Below, in pieces: positions 16,845 through 26,203 of a DNA stretch of 53,249 nt. How positions within the stretch are numbered: position 1 is the first letter of the stretch; every line of letters begins with the position of its first letter. The notes beneath the pieces are model-generated. The model saw nothing but the letters and a program-made list of their open reading frames with translations, had not been told where the DNA came from and ran no database searches. This DNA comes from Deltaproteobacteria bacterium (lineage in GTDB: Bacteria > Desulfobacterota > Binatia > UTPRO1), in NCBI GenBank assembly GCA_005879405.1, contig VBKW01000143.1, positions 1 through 53,249 of the forward strand, in the 5' to 3' direction. The translations under genes and the position numbers were made by a program.

Positions 16845-17707
16845 GCGCGTTCCTCCGCCAAGAGACGCCGGAAGAAGAACTGCAGTCCGCCTTTGGGCGG
16901 CACGCTCTCGGGCCCGTCGACGACGCACTGCGCGAGCCTCTCGAACGCGCGGCTGACCGGCGCGTGCGGCGCGAGCTCGACGACCGCGCGCTGCCGCCGC
17001 ACCGCCTCCGGCACCTCGGCGTCGAACGGTACCCATCCCGCCCAGCGCAGGCTCACGTGGAGAAAGCGCTCGGCGACCCGACTCAGATGCGTGAACGTGC
17101 GCCGCGCCTCGAACTCGCCGCGCGCCATGTTGACGACCACGGCGAAGCGCTGCTCCGCGTAGCGTGTCGACAGCACCTTCACGAGCGCATACGCGTCGGT
17201 GAGCGCCGTTGGCTCGGGCGTGACGACGACCATCGTCTCGTGCGCCGCCGCCGCGAAGAAGAGGACGTTCGACGAGATGCCGGCGCCAGTGTCGAGTAGG
17301 AGCACGTCGAACGCGCCGTCGAGACTGTCGACCTGCTCGAGTAGGAGCAGGCGCTGCGCGTTCGTGAGCTGCGTCAACTCCTCGAAGCCACTCGCTGCCG
17401 GTACGATCTGGATGCCCGCGGGCCCCTCGACGAGGACGTCGCGCAGCGGGCACTCGCCATGCAGCACATGCCGGAGCGTCGCGCGCGGGTTGACGCCGAG
17501 GAGCGTGTCGAGATTCGCGAGCCCGAGGTCGGCGTCGACCACGATCACGCGCTGGCCGCGGCGCCGGAGCGCGATCGCGAGATTCGCGACGATGTTGGTC
17601 TTGCCGACGCCGCCTTTGCCGCTCGCGACCGCGATCGTGCGGCCGCCCCGCGTGACGGCATTCGAGGCCGCAGCCGTCCCGGTTCCGCTGTCCGGTCGCA
17701 CGCTCAT
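16841..17707 (-). CDS. flhG: MinD/ParA-type ATPase FlhG
   Basis: Deviant Walker A ASGKGGVGKTN and C-terminal amphipathic GGLQFFFRRLL. ATG 17707 overlaps the flhF stop (ATGA). No obvious N-terminal DQAxxLR motif. Confidence 0.9.
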   Translation of the reverse strand: MSVRPDSGTGTAAASNAVTRGGRTIAVASGKGGVGKTNIVANLAIALRRRGQRVIVVDADLGLANLDTLLGVNPRATLRHVLHGECPLRDVLVEGPAGIQIVPAASGFEELTQLTNAQRLLLLEQVDSLDGAFDVLLLDTGAGISSNVLFFAAAAHETMVVVTPEPTALTDAYALVKVLSTRYAEQRFAVVVNMARGEFEARRTFTHLSRVAERFLHVSLRWAGWVPFDAEVPEAVRRQRAVVELAPHAPVSRAFERLAQCVVDGPESVPPKGGLQFFFRRLLAEERA

Positions 17708-18519
17708 GCAGCCACCAGCCAGCGCACGAGCGCGCTGCCGCTCGGGATCGCGAGATCGTCGGGCACCCGCTGTCCAGTCCCGAGCCACGCGAGCGCGAGC
17801 TGCCGCTCGCGCAGCCACGTGCACGCCGTTCCGAGACTCGCGCCCTCGTCGACTTTGGTCACGATGCAACTCGCCGGTCCGAGACGGTCGAACTGCCGCC
17901 ACGCGGCGTGGAGCGCGCGCTCCGATGCTCCTGCGCTCACGACGGCGGCGCGCGCGATGGGCTCCTCCGCGGCGCCGAGCATGGCATCGACGGCGGCTGC
18001 CTCGTCGGGATCGCCGCCGAGACCCGCCGTATCCACGTACACGGCATCGCGATCGGCAAAGCGCGCGAGCGCCGCACGCAGCTCGCCGCCGTCGCGGGCG
18101 ACCTCCATCGGGACGTCGAGCAGACGCGCGTACGCGCCGAGCTGCTCGCGCGCGCCGACGCGCAGCGTGTCGGCCATGACGAGGCCCACGCGCGCGCGCC
18201 GGCGGTCGGCCACGTGGCGCGCCGCGAGCTTGGCGATCGTCGTCGTCTTTCCCGTGCCGTTCACGCCGACGACGAGAATCACGAATGGCTTCGCGCGCGC
18301 GATCTCGATCGTGCTCGCCTGCCGCTGCGGGATGAGCGCGCGCGTTTCGTCGCGCAGCACTTCGGTCAGCCGATCCATCGACGTGATGCGCTCGTCGCGC
18401 ACGCGCGCCTCGATGCGGTCGATGAGCGACGTGGTTAGCTCCGCGCCGATGTCGGCGCCGAGGAGTCCTTCTTCCAGTCCGTCGATCGCGTACCGGTCGA
18501 TCGGCAGATCGGGAGTCAT
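17704..18519 (-). CDS. flhF: SRP-type GTPase FlhF, NG domain (N-terminus is in another frame)
   Basis: G1 GVNGTGKTTT, G3 DTAG, G4 TKVDE, and GQRVPDDL. An in-frame TGA lies 6 codons upstream of ATG 18519. Confidence 0.85.
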   Translation of the reverse strand: MTPDLPIDRYAIDGLEEGLLGADIGAELTTSLIDRIEARVRDERITSMDRLTEVLRDETRALIPQRQASTIEIARAKPFVILVVGVNGTGKTTTIAKLAARHVADRRRARVGLVMADTLRVGAREQLGAYARLLDVPMEVARDGGELRAALARFADRDAVYVDTAGLGGDPDEAAAVDAMLGAAEEPIARAAVVSAGASERALHAAWRQFDRLGPASCIVTKVDEGASLGTACTWLRERQLALAWLGTGQRVPDDLAIPSGSALVRWLVAA

Positions 18520-18685
18520 CGCATCCTGGCGCCGTCACGAGATCGGCGTCGACGGCGGCGGTGATCTCGATCCCCCCTTCCGGACACGCGCGCGTCTGGA
18601 GGATCACCGCATCCGGGCCGAGCGCATCCTTCACGCGGCGGAGGGCCGTCGACGCGTCCGGACCGGTGAAGCGACGGAGCCGCAT
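18520..18685 (-). other. flhF: flhF 5' segment encoding the conserved FlhF N-terminus, in a different frame from the NG domain
   Basis: ATG 18685 overlaps the flhA stop (TGATG). It encodes MRLRRFTGPDASTALRRVKDALGPDAVILQTRACPEGGIEITAAVDADL and then runs into Arg-rich nonsense. The frame differs by one base from 17704..18519. Confidence 0.7.
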
Positions 18686-20838
18686 CAGAGGCTCACCTCC
18701 GCGCCCGCGGGCGCCGTCATGCGCGGCGGCAGCATGCGCGCTGCCGCGTCGCCGTCGTCGTCGAGACTCACGACGCCGAGCGAATGGATCTTCACGTTCG
18801 CCGGAATTTCACCGGGCGCGACCAGCGCCAGGCTCGGCAAGAACCGCTCCGTCAACCGCCGCAGATGGCCGCGGATCCCCGTCGAGCAGAGCAAGAGCGG
18901 CTGCTGGTTCTGGGTCGCGAACTGCTCCGCCCAGGACGCGAGCTTCCCGAGGAGGCGCTGCGCCGTCGACGGCTCGAGTGCGAGGTACGTGCCGTCGTCG
19001 GTGCGGTGCACCGCCTCGGCGATCAGCTTCTCGAGACGCGGTGCCAACGTCACGAGCGGCAGCACGCGGTCGGCGGTCAAGAAGCGATTGACGATCGATC
19101 GCGACAGCGCTTGCCGCACCTGCTCGGTGAGCGCGAGCGGATCCTTCGACTGCGGCGCATGATCGGCGAGCGTCTCGACGATCGTGAGCAGGTCGCGGAT
19201 GCTGACGTGCTCGCGCAACAGGTTTTGTAAGACTTTCTGCACGCCGCCGAGCGGGAGCTGCTGCGGCACCAGCTCCTCGACGACCTTCGGATGCGTCTTG
19301 GCGATGCCGTCGAGGAGCGCCTGCACCTCTTGCCGCCCGAGGAGCTCGTGGGCGTGCCGGCGGATCAGCTCGGTCAGATGCGTCACGATGACGGTCGCGA
19401 CGTCGACGACCGTGTAGCCGGCGAGCTGCGCCCGCTCGCGATCGCCCGCCGCCACCCAGAGCGCGTCGAGGCCGAAGGCGGGCTCCTTCGTCGGGATGCC
19501 GCGGAAGCTCGCGTCGGCGCCGCCGGGGTTGATCGCGAGATAGTGGCCGGTGCGCACCTCGCCGCGCGCGATCTCGACGCCTTTGAGAAGAATCGCGTAC
19601 TCGCTCGACTTCAGCTGCAGGTTGTCGCGGATGTGGACCGGGGGCACGACGAAGCCCATCTCCTGCGCCAGCTGGCGGCGCAGGCTGCGGATGCGCTCGG
19701 TCAGCTCACCGCGCTGCTCGCCGTCGACGAGCGGCACGAGCTCGTAACCGACCTCGAGCTCGAGGAGGTCGAGCGGCACCGGCGCGTCACTCTTGTCCCC
19801 GGCTTTCGTCATGTCCGGGCGGGCGGCCGCGACGGCTTCCTCCGTCCGCGCCGCGGCGTCGATGCGGCTGAAGTATGCGAGACCGCCGATGCCGCCGGCG
19901 AGGACGACGAACGGCAGGAACGGCAGCCCGGGCAGGATCGCGAACGCGCCGAGGATCACCGACACGGTCGTGAGCACGCGCGGGTTCAAGAGAATCTGGC
20001 TCACCACCTCGGTGCCGAGGTTCGTCCCGGACGCGGCGCGGGTGACGATGATGCCCGCCGCGGTCGAGATGAGGAGCGCCGGCAGCTGCGACACGAGGCC
20101 GTCGCCGATCGTCAGGACCGTGTAGAGCTCGGCGGCGTCCTGGATCGCGAGCCCGCGCTGCACGATGCCGATGAAGAGGCCGCCGATGATGTTGATCGCC
20201 GCGATCAAGAGGCCGGCGACGGCGTCGCCGCGCACGAACTTGCTCGCGCCGTCCATCGCGCCGTAGAAGTCCGCCTCGGCCTCGATCGCGCGCCGGCGCT
20301 CGCGCGCCTGCTTCTCCGTCAAGAGGCCGGCGTTCAGCTCGGCGTCGACCGCGAGCTGCTTCCCGGGCATCGCGTCCAACGTGAAGCGCGCCGCGACCTC
20401 GGCGATGCGCCCCGCGCCTTTCGTGATCACCGCGAAGTTGATGACGACGAGGATCAGGAAGACGACGATGCCGACGACGTAGCTGCCACCGACGACGAAG
20501 TTGCCGAACGCCTGGATCACGTGCCCCGCCGCCGCGGAGCCGCTCTCGCCGTGCAGCAAGATGAGCCGCGTCGAGGCGACGTTCAGCGACAGCCGAAAGA
20601 GCGTCGTCACCAACAGCACCGACGGGAACGTCGAGAATTCGAGCGGCCGCACGATGTACATCGCGACCAGCAGAATGATCAGCGACAGCGACACGTTGAG
20701 CGTCAGCAGCAGATCGAGGAGCGGCGTCGGCAACGGGATGACCATCACGATCACGACGACGACGAACGCCGCTGGGATCGCGAGCTCGCCCCCGGCGAGC
20801 AGCCGGCGGATGACGGTGCGGGCCGTGCTCTTCGCCAT
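18685..20838 (-). CDS. flhA: Flagellar type III export gate protein FlhA
   Basis: 717 aa with N-terminal TM block, the FHIPEP region (GAMDGASKFVRGDAVAG) and a large cytoplasmic C-domain. Confidence 0.95.
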   Translation of the reverse strand: MAKSTARTVIRRLLAGGELAIPAAFVVVVIVMVIPLPTPLLDLLLTLNVSLSLIILLVAMYIVRPLEFSTFPSVLLVTTLFRLSLNVASTRLILLHGESGSAAAGHVIQAFGNFVVGGSYVVGIVVFLILVVINFAVITKGAGRIAEVAARFTLDAMPGKQLAVDAELNAGLLTEKQARERRRAIEAEADFYGAMDGASKFVRGDAVAGLLIAAINIIGGLFIGIVQRGLAIQDAAELYTVLTIGDGLVSQLPALLISTAAGIIVTRAASGTNLGTEVVSQILLNPRVLTTVSVILGAFAILPGLPFLPFVVLAGGIGGLAYFSRIDAAARTEEAVAAARPDMTKAGDKSDAPVPLDLLELEVGYELVPLVDGEQRGELTERIRSLRRQLAQEMGFVVPPVHIRDNLQLKSSEYAILLKGVEIARGEVRTGHYLAINPGGADASFRGIPTKEPAFGLDALWVAAGDRERAQLAGYTVVDVATVIVTHLTELIRRHAHELLGRQEVQALLDGIAKTHPKVVEELVPQQLPLGGVQKVLQNLLREHVSIRDLLTIVETLADHAPQSKDPLALTEQVRQALSRSIVNRFLTADRVLPLVTLAPRLEKLIAEAVHRTDDGTYLALEPSTAQRLLGKLASWAEQFATQNQQPLLLCSTGIRGHLRRLTERFLPSLALVAPGEIPANVKIHSLGVVSLDDDGDAAARMLPPRMTAPAGAEVSL

Positions 20839-20841
20839 CGC

Positions 20842-21909
20842 CTACCCCGCCCGCCTAGTCTTGAGCGCGTAGATGTACGCTAGGATCTCGGCGACGGCGC
20901 GATACAGCGACCCAGGGATCTGGCCGCCGATCGGCACCGCGCGGAACAGCGCCCGCGCGAGCGCGCGGCGCTCGAGGATCGGCACGCCGGACTTGCGCGC
21001 GATCTCCTTGATGCGTTCCGCGACGTGCTCGGCGCCCTTCGCGACGACGACGGGCGCACCCATCGCGCCGGGCGTGTAGCGCAGCGCGACCGCGAGGTGC
21101 ACCGGGTTGGTGACGACCACATCGGCGCCCGGGACGTCGTCCAGCATGCGGCGGCGCGCGATCTGCTGCGCCGCGCGCTTGACCCGCGCCTTCACCTGCG
21201 GATCGCCTTCCGCCTGCCGGCGCTCGTCCTTCACCTCGCCCTTGGTCATGCGCAGGCCGAGACGGTGCTGGCGGCGCTGCCATGCGTAGTCGCAGGCGGC
21301 GAGGAGGGAGATCGCTCCTGTCGCCCAGAGGACGATGTGAGCGAGCTCGCGGCCGGCGACGGCGAGGATCTCGCGCGGCGCGCTCGCGGCGAGCGGCGCG
21401 ATCTGGTCCTCGATCTTGAGAACCAGCCGCCATGTGATCCAGGCGACGAGCGCGATCTTGACCAGCGCTTTCACGAGCTCGACCCCGCCGCGCTTCGAGA
21501 AGAGGCGCTGGATGCCGCTCGCCGGTGAGATCTTGCTCACGTCCGGGAGCACGCGTTTCGGCAAGAAGCGGAAGCCGACTTGTGCCGTGGTCGCGACGAG
21601 ACCGACGACGCCCGTCACTGCGAGGATCGGCCACACGGCTCCCGCCGTGTCCCTCGCGAGGTGGCGCATGACCTCGCCCATCTGCGCCGGGGTGAAGTCG
21701 GTTGCCGATGCAGCGAGCAGGCTGCGGCGCATCATGTCGCGCAGCGTGGCGACGAGCGCCGGCCCGCGGTTCGACATCGCGAACACCGCCGCGAAGAGCA
21801 CCGCCGCGGCGGTGACCTCGGCGGATTGCGGCACCTGCCCTTGCGCGCGCGCTTCCTCGCGGCGCTTGGGAGTCGGCTCTTCTGTTTTACTGTGGACGTC
21901 CTCGGCCAT
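20842..21909 (-). CDS. flhB: Flagellar export switch protein FlhB
   Basis: N-terminal KTEEPTPKRREEARAQGQVPQS, four TM segments. The autocleavage motif reads NPVH (21097..21108) instead of NPTH. Confidence 0.95.
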   Translation of the reverse strand: MAEDVHSKTEEPTPKRREEARAQGQVPQSAEVTAAAVLFAAVFAMSNRGPALVATLRDMMRRSLLAASATDFTPAQMGEVMRHLARDTAGAVWPILAVTGVVGLVATTAQVGFRFLPKRVLPDVSKISPASGIQRLFSKRGGVELVKALVKIALVAWITWRLVLKIEDQIAPLAASAPREILAVAGRELAHIVLWATGAISLLAACDYAWQRRQHRLGLRMTKGEVKDERRQAEGDPQVKARVKRAAQQIARRRMLDDVPGADVVVTNPVHLAVALRYTPGAMGAPVVVAKGAEHVAERIKEIARKSGVPILERRALARALFRAVPIGGQIPGSLYRAVAEILAYIYALKTRRAG

Positions 21910-21912
21910 GGC

Positions 21913-22713
21913 TCAGTGCATTGCCCGCATGATTCCCGCGAGCGTGGTCGACATCTCGGCGAACGACGTCTCGAGCAGACGGACGGTGAACGGCTGCGAC
22001 GCGGCGAGCATGAGGAGTCCGACGCCGACATGCAGCGGAAAGCTGACGACGAAGACGTTCAGCTGCGGAATGAGCTTGGCGAGCACCGCCATCGCGCCGT
22101 TGATCAAGAGCAGCATGACGATGATCGGCGCTGCGACGCGCAGCGCGATCACGAAGATGCTGCCGGCGAGCACGAGCACGCGCCCGAGGCCGTCGGTCGT
22201 CGGGAAGCCGCCGCCGATCGGCACCAGCGTGAAGCTCTCGGCGATGGCGCGAATCAGTAGATGGTGGCCGTCGACGGCGAGGAAGACGAGGAGCGCGAGC
22301 AGGTTCTGCCACTGCGCGAGCGCGGTGACGTGCTCCTGTGTCTGCGGGTCGATCAGATTCGAGAGGCCGACGCCCATCTGAATGCCGGCGAGCTGCCCGG
22401 CCATCTGCACGCCGCCGAACACGAACTGGGCGACCGTGCCGACCGTGAAGCCGATCGCGACCTCCAGCGAGAGCGCGGCGAAGAGGCGAATGGGTCCGGC
22501 GTCGACGGCGATCGCCGTCGCCGCCTCGGCCGGGATCGCCGGCAGCATCGCCAGCGCGAGGAAGAACGCGACCGCCGCACGCACGCGCACCGGCGCCGTG
22601 CGCGAGCCGAGGATCGGCGCGACCATGAAGAGGCCGCCAACACGTGCGAGCGCGAGCACGAACACGATCATCCGTGGCAGGGTGATCGCGAGGAGTGCGG
22701 CGCCGAGGTTCAT
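21913..22713 (-). CDS. fliR: Flagellar export apparatus protein FliR
   Basis: Polytopic membrane protein. ATG 22713 overlaps the fliQ stop (ATGA). The track start 22779 lies inside fliQ. Confidence 0.9.
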   Translation of the reverse strand: MNLGAALLAITLPRMIVFVLALARVGGLFMVAPILGSRTAPVRVRAAVAFFLALAMLPAIPAEAATAIAVDAGPIRLFAALSLEVAIGFTVGTVAQFVFGGVQMAGQLAGIQMGVGLSNLIDPQTQEHVTALAQWQNLLALLVFLAVDGHHLLIRAIAESFTLVPIGGGFPTTDGLGRVLVLAGSIFVIALRVAAPIIVMLLLINGAMAVLAKLIPQLNVFVVSFPLHVGVGLLMLAASQPFTVRLLETSFAEMSTTLAGIMRAMH

Positions 22714-22979
22714 CGCAGCAACCCCGGAATCGATTCGAAGAGCGCCGTCGTGTAGTTGAGCATCTTCTGCAGCATCCACGGCCCGAAGAGCGCGAGGGCG
22801 AGGATCGTCGCGCCGATCTTCGGGATGAACGTGAGCGTCATCTCGTGGATCTGCGTCAGCGCCTGGAAGATGCTGACCGCGAGACCGGCGACGAGGCCGA
22901 AGAGCAGGACCGGCCCGGCGAGGATCAGCGTCATCTCGAGCGCGTTGCGCCCGAGCTGCAGGACGGCTTCCGGGCTCAC
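22710..22979 (-). CDS. fliQ: Flagellar export apparatus protein FliQ
   Basis: 89-aa protein with two TM segments: MSPEAVLQLGRNALEMTLILAGPVLLFGLVAGLAVSIFQALTQIHEMTL. Confidence 0.95.
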   Translation of the reverse strand: MSPEAVLQLGRNALEMTLILAGPVLLFGLVAGLAVSIFQALTQIHEMTLTFIPKIGATILALALFGPWMLQKMLNYTTALFESIPGLLR

Positions 22980-22989
22980 GCGCGCGTCC

Positions 22990-24333
22990 TCACTGGAAGC
23001 TCCGGATGAGCGAGCTGATGAGCAGGTTCCAGCCGTCGACCAGGACGAAGATCATCAGCTTGAACGGCAGCGAGATCAGGACGGGCGGGAGCGTGATCAT
23101 GCCCATCGACGTGAGGATCGAGGCGACCACCATGTCGAGGACGAGGAACGGGATGTAGACCATGAAGCTGATCTGAAACGCCGTCTTCAGCTCGGAGATC
23201 ATGAAGGCGGGGATCACCACCTCGGGCGGCACGTCGGCGGCGTTGTCGGGCCGCGGGTGGTGGCTGATGCCGAGGAAGAGCGCGAGATCCTTCTCCCGGG
23301 TCTGCCGCAGCATGAACGCGCGCAGCGGTTGGAACCCGCGCTCGAGCGCCTCGACGGGCGGCGTGCTCTCTTGCAGGTACGGCTGCACCGCGTCCTGGTT
23401 CACCTGCTGCAGCGTCGGCATCATCACGAAGAACGTCAGGAAGAGCGCGAGCGCGACGATCACCTGATTCGGCGGCATCTGCTGCGTGCCGACCGCCTGC
23501 CGCACGAATGCGAGGACGATCACGATGCGCACGAACGCGGAGACACCGATCAGGATCGCGGGGGCGAACGACAGCAGGGTGAACAGCAGCATCAGCTGAA
23601 TGCTCGTCGAGATGCCGTCGCCGTTGCCGCCGACCTCGAGCGACAGCTGCGGGAACGCAGCGTCCGCGCTGGCCGCGCTCAGGAGCAGCGTCGCTGCGGT
23701 CGCCGCGAGGACGAAGAACCCGATCGCGGGGCGTCCGGGCGGCGGCGTCGCGGGACGGTCTTCGCTGCACCCGAGGTGCGCAAGAGGGTAGGTTTGCGCA
23801 CCACGGGTGCAGCGAAGACCGTCCCGCGACGCCGCCTCCTGGGCGACCGACCGATCGGCGTCTTCGTCCCGCGCCGTCAACCGTGCGTCCCCGCGCCCGG
23901 GGCGCGGCTCGCGGGCGCTGCGCACCCTCATGTCGTCCAGGGTACGGGGCAGCGGCGACGGCGTCGTTTCGCTGGGCGCCAGTGACGGCGGCGTTGTCTC
24001 GCTGCCGAGTCTCCACCCCGACTCGCCGCTTCGCTGCCCCGTTCGGCCGCTCGTGTCGCGGCCGCTGAGTTCGTCCGACGAGGTCGACGCGAGGCGGCCG
24101 ACGCAGGTCACGGAATCTTCGGTGAGGCCGAGGAGGAAGCGTTCGTGGTCGACCTCGACGACGGCGAGGAGGCGTTTGCCGCCGAGGGCGCGGGTAGCGA
24201 TGAGACGGATGAGCTCGCTCGTGCCGGCGCCGGTGCGGCGGCGTTGCCACCAGACGGCGGCGCCGGCGAGGATGGCGACGAGCCCGACGGCGAGGAACGG
24301 CGTCAGGGAGAGATCGGGTGGAGCGGACGGCAT
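22990..24333 (-). CDS. fliP: In-frame FliO-FliP fusion ORF (or FliP with an undetected internal start)
   Basis: Residues 1-80 are FliO-like (TM, then LIRLIATRALGGKRLLAVVEVDHERFLLGL). Residues 82-200 are a low-complexity linker. From about residue 201 there is a FliP signal peptide and core (PNQVIVALALFLTFFVMMP, FMISELKTAFQI). No stop codon separates the parts. Confidence 0.85.
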   Translation of the reverse strand: MPSAPPDLSLTPFLAVGLVAILAGAAVWWQRRRTGAGTSELIRLIATRALGGKRLLAVVEVDHERFLLGLTEDSVTCVGRLASTSSDELSGRDTSGRTGQRSGESGWRLGSETTPPSLAPSETTPSPLPRTLDDMRVRSAREPRPGRGDARLTARDEDADRSVAQEAASRDGLRCTRGAQTYPLAHLGCSEDRPATPPPGRPAIGFFVLAATAATLLLSAASADAAFPQLSLEVGGNGDGISTSIQLMLLFTLLSFAPAILIGVSAFVRIVIVLAFVRQAVGTQQMPPNQVIVALALFLTFFVMMPTLQQVNQDAVQPYLQESTPPVEALERGFQPLRAFMLRQTREKDLALFLGISHHPRPDNAADVPPEVVIPAFMISELKTAFQISFMVYIPFLVLDMVVASILTSMGMITLPPVLISLPFKLMIFVLVDGWNLLISSLIRSFQ

Positions 24334-24641
24334 CAGCGCAGGCGCTCGACCCGTTCCGTCGGGCTCACGATCTCCGTGAGACGCACGCCGAACTTCTCGT
24401 TCACCATGACGGCCTCGCCGCGCGCCACGGGCTTGCCGTTGATCAAGACGTCGAGCGGCTCACCGGCGAGCTTCGCGAGCTCGATCACCGAGCCGGCGCC
24501 GAGCGCGAGGAGCTCGCGCACCGCCATACGTACGCGGCCGAGCTCGACGCTCACTGCGAGCGGAACGTCGAGGATCAGGTCGAGCGTCGCGGTGTCGCCG
24601 TCCTGGCGGGTGCTGGTCATCGCTGCGGCTTCGTCGGCCAT
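24333..24641 (-). CDS. fliN: Flagellar motor switch protein FliN
   Basis: SpoA domain: DVPLAVSVELGRVRMAVRELLALGAGSVIELAKLAGEPLDVLINGKPVARGEAV. ATG 24641 with GAGGAGAG SD. Confidence 0.9.
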   Translation of the reverse strand: MADEAAAMTSTRQDGDTATLDLILDVPLAVSVELGRVRMAVRELLALGAGSVIELAKLAGEPLDVLINGKPVARGEAVMVNEKFGVRLTEIVSPTERVERLR

Positions 24642-24643
24642 CG

Positions 24644-25621
24644 TCACTCTCCTCGCGCGGCGCCGAGTACGCGGACCGCGTTGTGGCCGCGACTCACGCC
24701 GGCTACGCCGGTCATCACGTGAACGTCCTCGACGCGCAGCGCGACGGGATCCTCGCCGCGCGCGCCGAGCGCCAGCACGTCGCCGACGTGCAGGCCGAGA
24801 AGCTCGCGCGTCGAGATCTCGTGATGGCCGAGCTCGGCGCTGACCGTCACCTCCGCCTGGCGGACGGCGCGGCCGAACGCCGCGACCCACTCGCGGTCGC
24901 CGCCGCTCGCGCGTGCCGTCGGCCTCCCGTCGAGCCGGTCACGGATCGGCTCGAGACTGGCGTACGGAATCGCGAGCAGCAGCGCGGCCGGACCATTACC
25001 GACGTCGCAGGCGAGCTCGAGGGCGACGACCGGCTCGGTCGGTCCCGCGATCGCGATGCGCGCCGGATTCGACTCCAGCGCGACGAGCGCGCACTCGAGG
25101 CGCTGTACCGGCGTCCACGCTTCCGCCAAGTCGGCGAGCACGCGCGCGCCGAGACGGCGCAGCGTCTGCTGCTCCAGCGCCGAGTACCCGCGGCCTTCGA
25201 CGTTCTCCGGCAGCCGCCCGGGTCCGCCGAACACGCGATCGACGAGCGCGAACGCGAGCGGCGCAGGGATCGCGAGCAGCCCTTGGCCGCGCAGCGGAGT
25301 CAAGCTGAAGAGCTGCAGCGACGCGCCCGTCGGCAGCCGGTCGCGCCACGTGGCGAAGCGGAGGGTCTCGAGCGCGCCGACCGTCAGGGTGGCCGTCACG
25401 CCCGCCTCGCTCGCGAGCGAGGCGCGCAGCCGCCCGACGAACGTCTCGTGGACGACCTCGAGCGCGGGAAACCGGCGACCGGCGAGCCGATCGGCGGCGA
25501 GCAGATCGTACGGACGCACGGCGCCGCGGGGCGCCCGCTCACCCTCCACCGCCACGTCGCCCTGCTCCATGCCGTGTAGCAGCGCGTCGACCTCGTCCTT
25601 CGAGAGCGTCTCGTCGCTCAT
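24644..25621 (-). CDS. fliM: Flagellar motor switch protein FliM
   Basis: N-terminal LSKDEVDALL (compare the LSQxEIDALL CheY-P binding motif), then a FliM middle domain and a C-terminal SpoA-like domain. ATG 25621 overlaps the fliL stop. Confidence 0.9.
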   Translation of the reverse strand: MSDETLSKDEVDALLHGMEQGDVAVEGERAPRGAVRPYDLLAADRLAGRRFPALEVVHETFVGRLRASLASEAGVTATLTVGALETLRFATWRDRLPTGASLQLFSLTPLRGQGLLAIPAPLAFALVDRVFGGPGRLPENVEGRGYSALEQQTLRRLGARVLADLAEAWTPVQRLECALVALESNPARIAIAGPTEPVVALELACDVGNGPAALLLAIPYASLEPIRDRLDGRPTARASGGDREWVAAFGRAVRQAEVTVSAELGHHEISTRELLGLHVGDVLALGARGEDPVALRVEDVHVMTGVAGVSRGHNAVRVLGAARGE

Positions 25622-26145
25622 TGGACGATGAACTCGGTGAAGTAGACGGCCTTCACGACGTCGCGATCGAGGACTTGATTGACGCGGGCGATGATCTCCT
25701 CGCGCAGCTGCTGCTTGCCCTCGGCCGTCCGCACCTCGTCGAAGGTCTTGCTGCTGAGCAGTGTGAGCAGCAGATCGCGGATCTGCGGCAGGTGCGCGTT
25801 CACGTCCGGCGGAACGGTCGCGCCCAAGAACTCGATCTGGAAGGTCGCCTTCAGGTAGCGCGAGCCGCCCTCGTCGGCGAGGTTCGCGATGAAGGTCTCG
25901 AGCGGCAGAATCGGCCCGGGGCCCTTGTCGGCCTTGCCGTGGCCACCCTCCTCGACCGCCGCCGTCGCCTCGGCGTGACGGTTCTTGCCGCCGCCGAACG
26001 GCAGCACCCCGAGGTACCACGCCGCCGCGCCGCCGCCGGCGAGCAGGACGACCGCGCTCGCGATCAGCGGCAGCTTCGATCGCTTCTTCGCCGGGGCCGA
26101 CTCGTCTCCGGCCGGTTGCGGCGTGCTGTCCTCCCCCTCGGCCAT
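25618..26145 (-). CDS. fliL: Flagellar basal-body-associated protein FliL
   Basis: Single TM (LPLIASAVVLLAGGGAAAWYL), then LETFIANLADEGGSRYLKATFQIEF...VYFTEFIVQ. Confidence 0.9.
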   Translation of the reverse strand: MAEGEDSTPQPAGDESAPAKKRSKLPLIASAVVLLAGGGAAAWYLGVLPFGGGKNRHAEATAAVEEGGHGKADKGPGPILPLETFIANLADEGGSRYLKATFQIEFLGATVPPDVNAHLPQIRDLLLTLLSSKTFDEVRTAEGKQQLREEIIARVNQVLDRDVVKAVYFTEFIVQ

Positions 26146-26203
26146 CCGTCCTCCCCTGGACGCGCGTCAGCTCCCTGACTCCCGCGGTCCAAGGGGGAGA
26201 ATC

